A stretch of 64,000 nucleotides of DNA from an uncultured Gammaproteobacteria bacterium (lineage in GTDB: Bacteria > Patescibacteriota > Microgenomatia > Levybacterales > GWA1-39-11), in contig CAYMYC010000001.1 in the NCBI GenBank assembly GCA_964394645.1, positions 47,241-111,240 on the forward strand, given 5' to 3'. Positions 10,568 to 18,893 of the stretch are shown here, piece by piece (position 1 is the first letter of the stretch; every line of letters begins with the position of its first letter). Position numbers and translations under genes: made by a program. The notes beneath the pieces were generated by a model. It was not told where the DNA came from, made no database searches, and saw nothing but the letters and a program-made list of their open reading frames with translations.

Positions 10568-10919
10568 GATAACTATTATAGCAATAATTGTGCTTCCGAT
10601 ATTGTATATGCTAGTATTAATACATATGGAGTGTGCAGCAAATGAAATAGCAACAGAGTTAGGTTGTCTTCCTGATGATCCATTAGGTTTTGTCCAGAAG
10701 TTTTACGGATGGGGACTTTCTCTTATCGGAGGAGTTGGGGTTTTATTTCTGATCTATGGAGGATACCACATATTAACATCAAGTGGGAATCCAGAGAAAT
10801 TACAAAAAGGTAAAGAATACATATATTATGCGATTGCTGGAATTGCGCTTGCTGTTTTTGGGTATGTATTTATAGAATTTATTGCAGGTTCAATACTTAG
10901 AATTCCTGGATTTTCATAA
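10566..10919 (+). CDS. TrbC/VirB2-like pilin-type small membrane protein (117 aa)
   Basis: Long N-terminal signal-like hydrophobic segment ending ...ECAA|NE. Then two hydrophobic helices (GWGLSLIGGVGVLFLIYGGYHIL and YYAIAGIALAVFGYVFIEFIAG) separated by a short charged loop (TSSGNPEKLQKGKE). This is the topology of conjugative pilins. Confidence 0.5.
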   Translation: MITIIAIIVLPILYMLVLIHMECAANEIATELGCLPDDPLGFVQKFYGWGLSLIGGVGVLFLIYGGYHILTSSGNPEKLQKGKEYIYYAIAGIALAVFGYVFIEFIAGSILRIPGFS

Positions 10920-10927
10920 TTTTTATT

Positions 10928-13090
10928 ATGTTAAAGCAACTGCCCATATTGTTTTTTTCAACACTGCTTTTATTAGTATTTTCCTTTGGAGCAAGTTTTG
11001 CGCAATCAACGTCTGTAGTGAACACCTCGGGAAACCCTCCTGGAACCGTCAATATTAGAATAGCAGAAGATTCAGATCCCATTCAAATTGACGATTCAAC
11101 TACTCCTACGATTGGAGATTGGATACCTGACTCAACCGTTACCTTTGTTGGAAAAACAGCGAACAGAGCGGGAGATTTTCTTGATTGGACTATTCGAAAT
11201 TATGACTGGACATGTGTAAAAACTAATAGTGGATCATGTACCAGTTCTGGAAACCCATTAGTAGGCTTCTGGGCGCTTATAAGAAATATTGTATATGCGC
11301 TTCTTATAATATTAGTTTTGATTGCAGCTTTTGTCATGATAATAACTCGTGGGAGAAATCTGACAATAACCCGTTTTATTCCACGATTTATATTCATTAT
11401 TATATTAGTAACCTTATCATATGCTCTAATTCAGCTTATTTATCAGGTGACGGATATTATCCAGGGATTTTTTCTTAGAACGGACGGAAAACTTATTTCT
11501 ACAAAAGACTTAATATTTATTGGGTTTGATTATAAAAATTTTGAGGGAGCAAGAAGATATGGTGCTCAGTATGATGAATCTGCATTTATAACTCTTTTAT
11601 TGGTACGACTTACTGCTCTTACCTATTACGTTATGACAGGAGTATTGTTGGTAAGAAAAATAATTTTGTGGTTTTTTATTATCCTGTCCCCCGTTTTCCC
11701 GCTTTTGCTCTTTTTCAAGCCAGTAAGAAATACTGGTAAAATTTGGGTAGGTGAGTTTTTCAGATGGTTATTGTATGCGCCTCTGTTTGCAATATTTTTA
11801 CAAGGATTAGTTGTATTGTGGAAGAGTAAGGGGGGCATACCACTAGCGTTTGATTTTGCAAACGTAGGAGATGTTATATATCCGACAGCAGTAAATATAT
11901 TAATAGGTGGACCAGGACAAAAGATATTTTTTGATACGGAAACAAGCTCAAATAGCGTTAATTTACAAGACACATTCGCCCTTTACATAGTTGCCTTGTT
12001 GATGCTATGGGTGGTAATTATATTGCCATTCTTGCTTCTTAAAATCTTTTTAGATTACCTTGGTGGATTATCTCTTCAAGACAATATTACAATGAAAAGA
12101 CTTCTTAATCGCGGATCCGAATTCCTACCAATTAGTCGTCCTCCAACCCCCCCCCCATCTGCTCCACTCCCTCCATCGCAGGGAGCAGGAAGAGCGATGC
12201 AAATACCATTTAACACTTCTGCCTCCCGAAGTGTATCTGATATGAATAGAATGAGTTCTGCGCAGGCAAATCGTTCAATAGCATCTATTCCAGTTAATGC
12301 ACAGATATTACAGCTTGCAAATTTATCAGTACCAAAAATGCGAGACATTGCTCGCTTTGAGACGTCTATGGTGACGAATAACTCATCCAAAATGCAGGAT
12401 GTCTCCAGACTGAAAACATCACTTACAAGAATTTCAAATCCCACAACAATTACTGCTCCTTTAGAGCGGGAAAGATACACACAAGTAAAACAACAATTAA
12501 TTTCAGAAAAACAAAAAGGTAATGTTCTGGCGTCTTCAATTTTGACTGCGGCAAATACAACTGCCGCCCCTTACCAGAAAGGAATGGTTTCATCCCAACA
12601 AATTCATTTGCCGCAAGCAAATAAAGTACAGCAAGTAAGCATAGAGGACTATGAGGAAGTAAGAAAAATGTGGCAAGATACTTACCAAAATTCGACACCT
12701 CCAACTGATCTTTCAGGAAAGAAGGATTCAAGAGAGGAGTGGATTAAGGGAGATATAGATAAAATTAATCAAGCAATAACACTTTTAAATTCTGTTGATC
12801 CTGTAAGAACTCAAGAGGGAATGGATATGGTCTCAAACATACTTCCATTTCTTATGATTGGTGGTTTCTCCAAGACTGAAGTTATAGCCTATTTGAAGGC
12901 TAAGTTAGAGGCTGCCAAAGACGTTCTCTCATCAACTTCCAAAAAAAATGAGGAGGATGATACTATGATGGATCGTGATACAAAAGCTACAATTGCGGAA
13001 AAGCATATGAATACACATGCAGAGGCGGAAATTCCAACGATTGATGATGGAACAAAAAAACTTGAAGATTTAAGAAAACAGGGGCAGTAG
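10928..13090 (+). CDS. polytopic membrane protein with a VirB6/TrbL-like organisation and a long Pro/Ser/Asn/Gln-rich cytoplasmic tail (720 aa)
   Basis: Signal peptide, then a roughly 110-aa extracytoplasmic segment, then at least 6 TM helices. The C-terminal tail of about 330 aa is low-complexity and contains PPTPPPSAPLPPS. The gene lies immediately downstream of the pilin-like gene. The ORF itself is solid; the functional assignment is inferred from architecture. Confidence 0.45.
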   Translation: MLKQLPILFFSTLLLLVFSFGASFAQSTSVVNTSGNPPGTVNIRIAEDSDPIQIDDSTTPTIGDWIPDSTVTFVGKTANRAGDFLDWTIRNYDWTCVKTNSGSCTSSGNPLVGFWALIRNIVYALLIILVLIAAFVMIITRGRNLTITRFIPRFIFIIILVTLSYALIQLIYQVTDIIQGFFLRTDGKLISTKDLIFIGFDYKNFEGARRYGAQYDESAFITLLLVRLTALTYYVMTGVLLVRKIILWFFIILSPVFPLLLFFKPVRNTGKIWVGEFFRWLLYAPLFAIFLQGLVVLWKSKGGIPLAFDFANVGDVIYPTAVNILIGGPGQKIFFDTETSSNSVNLQDTFALYIVALLMLWVVIILPFLLLKIFLDYLGGLSLQDNITMKRLLNRGSEFLPISRPPTPPPSAPLPPSQGAGRAMQIPFNTSASRSVSDMNRMSSAQANRSIASIPVNAQILQLANLSVPKMRDIARFETSMVTNNSSKMQDVSRLKTSLTRISNPTTITAPLERERYTQVKQQLISEKQKGNVLASSILTAANTTAAPYQKGMVSSQQIHLPQANKVQQVSIEDYEEVRKMWQDTYQNSTPPTDLSGKKDSREEWIKGDIDKINQAITLLNSVDPVRTQEGMDMVSNILPFLMIGGFSKTEVIAYLKAKLEAAKDVLSSTSKKNEEDDTMMDRDTKATIAEKHMNTHAEAEIPTIDDGTKKLEDLRKQGQ
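12147..12156 (+). repeat. C10 homopolymer inside the coding sequence of the VirB6-like gene
   Basis: Ten consecutive C residues encode the PPP of ...RPPTPPPSAP.... This is the longest G/C homopolymer in the window, in a genome that is AT-rich. Confidence 0.9.
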
Positions 13091-13140
13091 GCAATACTTG
13101 CAAAACAAGTATAAAATCCACATAATAGAATATACTGCCT

Positions 13141-15804
13141 ATGTTCGGAAATTTATTTAATTCAGGAAAACAGGACGACCAGATTGTAAGCCATGAAACT
13201 AAGGTAAATGTTGGAGATCCTATACTTGGGGGGGGAACAAATATTTCCATTGATTCGTCAAATAGCCCAAATCAAACACAAGACTTTCCGTCTGTTTCTC
13301 AAAGTCCTGTCGGAATGGATCCACAAAAAAGAGAAAACATGTTTGCTTTGTCTCGTCTTGATCCTCGAGCACTTCAGGTTCTCCATCATGCTCAGGAAGA
13401 AACCAAGCGTTTATCTCAAGAATTTATTAATCCGGAACAGCTTCTTTTAGGTCTTTTTTATGATGGGGATGTTTTTCGCATACTTGAGCAATTTAACGTA
13501 GATGTAGCAAAATTAACGCACGAGATTCAAGCAAAAGAAACGCCTGGTGCTTTTTCTGGACAGCCCACTATGGGTCCTGGCGTCGTTAAGATTTTTGATG
13601 AGGCATATTCAAACGCAAAAAAAAGAGGTGCTTCATTTGTTTCTCCTGAAGATATAATGGTTGCCCTTTTCTCTGAAGCATCAACTTCTGAATTTTTAAA
13701 AACATTTGGCGTGCAACGTGATAAATTAGAGGAAAAACTATCTAAATCTACTGGATATGCTTCATCTTCAAGAAAAAGTGTTTTAGAAAGATATGGAATT
13801 GACCTAACCCAGGAAGCAAAGGATGGTAAGCTAGATCCTATCGCGGGTCGAGAGAGAGAAACAGAACGTTTGATTCACATTCTGTTAAGAAGAACTAAGA
13901 ACAACCCGATTATTATTGGCGAGGCGGGTGTGGGAAAGACAGCAATTGTTGAGTCGCTTGCACTTAAAATAGCAGAGGGATCAGTTCCTCATGACCTTTT
14001 AAATAAGCGAGTTATTCAGCTTGAGCTTGCTTCGCTTGTTGCAGGAGCATCACATAGGGGTGAGTTTGAAGAGAGGTTACAGGATGTAATTAAAGAGACA
14101 CAAGCATCAAATGGTCAAATTATATTATTTATAGATGAGATACATACACTTATTGGAACTGGAGATACGCAAGGGGCAATGGATGCTTCTAATATTATTA
14201 AACCATATTTAGCAAGAGGGCAATTGCAACTTATTGGAACTACAACCACGGCTGAGTATCGTAAATATTTTGAAAAAGATAAAGCTTTTGAAAGGCGTTT
14301 CCAGTCAGTATTAGTTGATGAGCCGACAGAAGATGTTGCAGGGCAGATGCTTGAGGTATTAAAGCCAAAATATGAAAAATTTCACTCTGTTGAGATCACT
14401 CCTGAGGCGATTCAGGCTGCCGTTCATCTCTCAAAAAAGTATATAGGAGAAAGATATTTACCTGATAAGGCAGTGGATTTATTAGATGAAGCAGCAGCCG
14501 AGGTAAAGCTTCAACACACAGAAGGAAAAAGACAGGATAATAAGGTTATAAAATCAGACATTGAAAAGGTTGTATCTGCATGGACTGGAATTCCCATAAC
14601 GCGTCTCACAGAAGATGAATCTCAGAAATTAATTCATCTGGAGGATATTATTCATAAGAGATTAATAGATCAAGAAGAGGCTGTAGCAGCAGTATCTGAG
14701 GCGGTAAGGCGTGGTAGAATCGGACTAGCGAGTGCAAACAGACCAATTGCATCATTTATTTTCTTAGGTCCGACCGGAGTTGGGAAAACAGAATTGGCAA
14801 AAACACTTGCGGAGATTCTCTTTGGTCGAGATGATCTTATGATAAGGCTCGACATGTCGGAATATATGGAGAAGCATGAGGTGGCAAAGCTAATCGGTGC
14901 TCCTCCAGGGTATGTAGGCTATGAAGAAGGCGGACAGCTGACAGAAGCCGTACGTGCAAAGCCGTATTCAATAGTACTCTTAGATGAAATTGAGAAAGCT
15001 CATCCAGATGTATTTAATATTCTACTTCAGTTGTTGGAGGATGGAAGACTTACCGATAACAAAGGTAATACAATATCATTTAAAAATACAATTATTATTG
15101 CAACATCAAATATAGGATCTTCTCTTATTCAACAAACTCTTCTAACTCAAAGTTCAAACGCAACCCAGGTAGTTTCACCTGCAGAAGAGGCAAAAAGATT
15201 CTCAACGTTATCTAAGACATTGATGGATGAGTTAAGGAAATTTTTCAAACCAGAATTATTAAATCGTTTTGATGAAATAGTAATGTTTAAGCCGTTACGT
15301 CAGCAGGACATGATGCAGATTGCAAAAATTGGGATATCAAAAACGCAAAAATTACTAGCTGAACAGGAGATAAACTTAACTATAACTGAAAAAGCTCTTG
15401 GTGTATTGTCAAAAGAAGGTTACGATCCTGTCTATGGAGCACGACCACTAAGAAGACTCATACAGTCAGCCATAGAAAATCCAATAGCAATACTTCTTAT
15501 TAATAAAACGTTCGTAGTACATGATACTGTTCAAATTGATTATGATGATGCAAAAACCCAGTTTACTTTCACAAAATTAATACAAGCTATGGATAAAAAT
15601 GAACAGTCAGCAACCTCATTTTCACCACAATCTGCAACTCAGCCATCTGGCACTGCTGTTACTAAGCAGGCAGAGACGACAAATGGGAACGGAATTTTAT
15701 CGGATATAGCAAAAGAACATACTGCGGGCATGCCTTCTCCTGTGCAGACAGTGCCCTCAACTCCATCTGTTGATTCAAATGGTACTATGATGCAACCCGC
15801 ATAA
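13141..15804 (+). CDS. Hsp100/Clp family AAA+ ATPase (ClpA/ClpC-like: double Clp_N, two AAA modules, no long M-domain)
   Basis: Walker [10 protein letters not shown] with Walker B ILFIDEIH in D1. GPTGVGKTE with [28 protein letters not shown] in D2. The D1 arginine-finger region AFERRFQ is intact. Only about 20 aa occupy the position where the ClpB M-domain would sit. An N-terminal extension of about 60 aa contains a G8 tract at 13228-13235. Confidence 0.9.
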   Translation: MFGNLFNSGKQDDQIVSHETKVNVGDPILGGGTNISIDSSNSPNQTQDFPSVSQSPVGMDPQKRENMFALSRLDPRALQVLHHAQEETKRLSQEFINPEQLLLGLFYDGDVFRILEQFNVDVAKLTHEIQAKETPGAFSGQPTMGPGVVKIFDEAYSNAKKRGASFVSPEDIMVALFSEASTSEFLKTFGVQRDKLEEKLSKSTGYASSSRKSVLERYGIDLTQEAKDGKLDPIAGRERETERLIHILLRRTKNNPIIIGEAGVGKTAIVESLALKIAEGSVPHDLLNKRVIQLELASLVAGASHRGEFEERLQDVIKETQASNGQIILFIDEIHTLIGTGDTQGAMDASNIIKPYLARGQLQLIGTTTTAEYRKYFEKDKAFERRFQSVLVDEPTEDVAGQMLEVLKPKYEKFHSVEITPEAIQAAVHLSKKYIGERYLPDKAVDLLDEAAAEVKLQHTEGKRQDNKVIKSDIEKVVSAWTGIPITRLTEDESQKLIHLEDIIHKRLIDQEEAVAAVSEAVRRGRIGLASANRPIASFIFLGPTGVGKTELAKTLAEILFGRDDLMIRLDMSEYMEKHEVAKLIGAPPGYVGYEEGGQLTEAVRAKPYSIVLLDEIEKAHPDVFNILLQLLEDGRLTDNKGNTISFKNTIIIATSNIGSSLIQQTLLTQSSNATQVVSPAEEAKRFSTLSKTLMDELRKFFKPELLNRFDEIVMFKPLRQQDMMQIAKIGISKTQKLLAEQEINLTITEKALGVLSKEGYDPVYGARPLRRLIQSAIENPIAILLINKTFVVHDTVQIDYDDAKTQFTFTKLIQAMDKNEQSATSFSPQSATQPSGTAVTKQAETTNGNGILSDIAKEHTAGMPSPVQTVPSTPSVDSNGTMMQPA

Positions 15805-15828
15805 CCTCTTCTTGGTATAATAAAATAT

Positions 15829-17583
15829 ATGCAGAGTATACTTCACGTATTAAGGCGTATTGACACCCGTTTTTTTCTTTTACCATTTTTATTATTTGCA
15901 TTTGGGGCAATAGGATATGTAGCTGTTCAAGGGATTTTCTTTCAAAAAGATAAAATATTTCCTCAAGGCGTAAGATATATTCCGGATCAAATAATTATTA
16001 AATATAAAATTGGTCAATCCCCAGATGAACTTCAAAATGCTGGCAAGATAGAAGATAGAAGAGTTCTTTTGTTGGCTTTATCAAATGTTGGAGTTCTATC
16101 ACAGAAAAGGCTATATGCTTCGGAAAATTCTTTGCTTGAAAATTACTATATATTAACGCTCAAGCCAGGTTTTACTGTTCCGGATGCATATAATAGGCTC
16201 ACAAAGATACCCGAAATAGAAAATGCTGCCCCTGACTATATATTAAAAATACAGGAGACTCCTAATGACCCATATTACCCATCCATGTGGAATCTTTCTA
16301 GAATCGAAGTAGAAAAGGCTTGGAATCAGGCGCATGTAGATGGAAAGGTCACAATTGCAGTTATTGATACGGGAGTTGATTATCAGCACGAGGATTTGCG
16401 AGACGTGGTAATAAAGGGTAAAAATTTTATTTCAAATGATAACAACCCCATGGATGATCAAGGACACGGGACTCACGTCGCGGGGATAGCTGCTGCAACT
16501 ACAAATAACGGTATAGGGATAAGTGGTGCTACTTGGGGAGCTAAAATCCTGGCAATTAAGGCTTGTGATAAAAATGGAGACTGTAGCACAGCAAATGTTT
16601 CTAAAGCTATTCAATATGCAGTAGACAATAATGCAAAAATTGTAAATGTCAGTATTGCAGGAAGCGGTTCGTGTAATGGAACATATACAGATGTACTAAG
16701 ATATGCGGCAAAAAAAGGTGCGATGGTAGTCGTTGCTGCAGGAAACGGAAATAACGGAGATGGAATCGGTGTAAACGTAGAGTCACAAATACCGGCATCA
16801 TGTGATGGTTCAGTTGCAGTAGGATCAATAACAGCAGACGGTAGAAGGTCAGGTTTTTCTAATTTTGGTTCTAAAGTTGAAGTTTCAGCTCCTGGGGGGG
16901 CAGGTCCTTGTACAATGGAGAGTTGTATTATCTCAACCAGTATTAATAACTCATATTCTCTTCGTTCAGGGACGTCAATGGCAGCTCCGCAAGTGAGTGC
17001 AGTTGCCGCTCTCCTCTTGTCGTTGGATAAAAATTTGTCTATGTCAAAAATTCACTCCTGCATTATAGCTGGAGGAGACAATATTCAATCAGATAAAAGT
17101 ATAGGTCTTCTTCTAAACGCCCAAAACTCATTAAAAATTTGTGCGAAAATAGATGCAACCCCGACTCCAAAAAATAGCAGAAACAATTCATCTATCTCAG
17201 GTACTGTATTTATTGATACGAACAAGAATAAGAAGCTTGATTCAATTGAAAAACCAGTGTCGTCTGTTCAGGTAATTTTATCCGGATTAAGTAATGATAG
17301 TGTTCTTAGTAATTCTAAAGGAAAATATTTATTTTTGGGTTTACCAAATGGTTTATATACAATTTCTGCAACTTTAAATGGACAAAGCATAATTGCACCC
17401 ATAGATGTTTCTGCAGTATCAGGAGATTTAACACAGGTTAATATCCCTGTATCTTCTGAGATGGCAATTATTGCACCTACCCCTTCAATAGTAAAACAAA
17501 AAACTGCGTCTTATTGCTTCATAGATCCCGATTGTTTAAACAGTAAAAACTCAGTTCAAATATGTTCGTTTCAGTGCGAATGA
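15829..17583 (+). CDS. membrane-anchored subtilisin-like serine protease (S8) with a C-terminal CnaB/SdrD-B-like domain
   Basis: Catalytic triad contexts VIDTGVDYQHEDL (Asp), HGTHVAGIAAA (His) and GTSMAAPQVSAVAALL (Ser). N-terminal signal-anchor FFLLPFLLFAFGAIGYVAV. C-terminal GTVFIDTNKNKKLD...GKYLFLGLPNGLYTIS resembles a CnaB fold. Extended -10 TGGTATAAT lies just upstream. Confidence 0.9.
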   Translation: MQSILHVLRRIDTRFFLLPFLLFAFGAIGYVAVQGIFFQKDKIFPQGVRYIPDQIIIKYKIGQSPDELQNAGKIEDRRVLLLALSNVGVLSQKRLYASENSLLENYYILTLKPGFTVPDAYNRLTKIPEIENAAPDYILKIQETPNDPYYPSMWNLSRIEVEKAWNQAHVDGKVTIAVIDTGVDYQHEDLRDVVIKGKNFISNDNNPMDDQGHGTHVAGIAAATTNNGIGISGATWGAKILAIKACDKNGDCSTANVSKAIQYAVDNNAKIVNVSIAGSGSCNGTYTDVLRYAAKKGAMVVVAAGNGNNGDGIGVNVESQIPASCDGSVAVGSITADGRRSGFSNFGSKVEVSAPGGAGPCTMESCIISTSINNSYSLRSGTSMAAPQVSAVAALLLSLDKNLSMSKIHSCIIAGGDNIQSDKSIGLLLNAQNSLKICAKIDATPTPKNSRNNSSISGTVFIDTNKNKKLDSIEKPVSSVQVILSGLSNDSVLSNSKGKYLFLGLPNGLYTISATLNGQSIIAPIDVSAVSGDLTQVNIPVSSEMAIIAPTPSIVKQKTASYCFIDPDCLNSKNSVQICSFQCE

Positions 17584-17626
17584 CAGCTTAGGAAAATGGT
17601 TTCATATTTGGTAGAATAGGTAACAC

Positions 17627-18499
17627 ATGAAAAAGGACTATTACGAAATACTTGGTGTATCAAAAAGTGCGACCCCTGATGAATTAAAGAGGGCTTATAG
17701 AAAATTGGCTCTCCAGTATCATCCGGATAAAAATAAAACTCACGAAGGTGAGGAAAAATTTAAGGAAATAAACCATGCATATGAAGTATTATCGGATCCG
17801 AGTAAGCGTGCTACATATGATCAGGTTGGACCATCAGGATTTGATGGAAGCTCAGGTGCGTCGTCTGGTGCAGGTGGACCATTTGGTGGGCAAAGGGGTA
17901 GTCAATATGGACCCTTTACATATACATACGGGAGTAGTGGGGAAGGAGCAAATTATGATTTTGGAGGATTTTCTGACCCCTTTGAGATATTTGAGCAATT
18001 TTTTGGGGGTGGATACGCAAAGCGTAAGCCAAGATATAGCATTACGATAGATTTTTTAGAGGCAGTTCATGGTACTTCAAAGAAAGTTTCAATAGATGGG
18101 AAAACTCAAACAATCAAGATACCTGCAGGGGTAGACAACGGTTCGAGAATTCAATTCCCAAACTATGAAGTGATTGTCGGAGTGAGAGGAAATAGTAAAT
18201 TTCACAGGGAAGGTAATGATATCGTAACCGAACATGTAATTCCCCTATCTATTGCCATACTTGGTGGTACTATAGAAATAGAAACAGTACATGGTCAAGT
18301 AACGCTTAAAATTCCTGGTGGAACTCAACCGGACACTCTTATGAGAGTGAAAGGTAAGGGTGTGCCGCGCGTAAGAGGTGGAGGAAGCGGTGATCACTTT
18401 GTTCGGATTAAAATTCAAATCCCAACGAGAATAAATACACGACAAAAAGAATTACTTCATGAGTTTGATGAAGAAAGCCACAAGAAGAAGTGGTTTTAA
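17627..18499 (+). CDS. dnaJ: J-domain co-chaperone, DnaJ/CbpA-like (J domain + G/F region + C-terminal domains, no CxxCxGxG zinc finger)
   Basis: [33 protein letters not shown] with the HPD motif. Gly/Phe-rich linker. No cysteine repeats. Confidence 0.85.
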   Translation: MKKDYYEILGVSKSATPDELKRAYRKLALQYHPDKNKTHEGEEKFKEINHAYEVLSDPSKRATYDQVGPSGFDGSSGASSGAGGPFGGQRGSQYGPFTYTYGSSGEGANYDFGGFSDPFEIFEQFFGGGYAKRKPRYSITIDFLEAVHGTSKKVSIDGKTQTIKIPAGVDNGSRIQFPNYEVIVGVRGNSKFHREGNDIVTEHVIPLSIAILGGTIEIETVHGQVTLKIPGGTQPDTLMRVKGKGVPRVRGGGSGDHFVRIKIQIPTRINTRQKELLHEFDEESHKKKWF

Positions 18500-18893
18500 T
18501 TAGCCTGACACTATTGCTTTCCCACGCGACAAACATCTAATATAGATACATGGGTATTTTGTCCTATCCCTTTCTTGTGGTTTTATTTTGGTATAAAGAA
18601 GGTATATTATTTATTTTACTTTACTTTCGTTCCTTTGACGACTACTGTATACGACTACTTTCATTACACGGTTTATTTTCAAGTTATTTTAAGCCACTAA
18701 AAAACGAGTACAGAAAGAATCTAATTTTTTTCTCGATATTTTTCGGAATGATTGTTAAAACATTTTTAATTGCAATATCTCTTCTTCTACTATTTTTTAT
18801 TTTACTTTTTGAGGGGTTATTACTTTTTCTTTATGTTCTTTTCCCGCTTTTGCCTTTATTTATTCTTTTTTTCCCTAGATATATATAAACCCA

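Noticed and set aside
12113-12124. Adjacent BamHI and EcoRI sites (GGATCCGAATTC, encoding G-S-E-F) inside the VirB6-like gene, as in expression-vector polylinkers
   Set aside because: The flanking sequence does not match any vector polylinker that I recall. After GAATTC it continues CTACCA. The reading frame is native on both sides, so this is most likely chance, although a chimeric-assembly check would be cheap.
18550-18888. 112-aa Phe/Leu-rich ORF between dnaJ and the Hsp100 paralog
   Set aside because: It is the translation of a T-rich low-complexity tract. There is no RBS and no recognisable features, so it is probably non-coding, although a small membrane peptide cannot be excluded.
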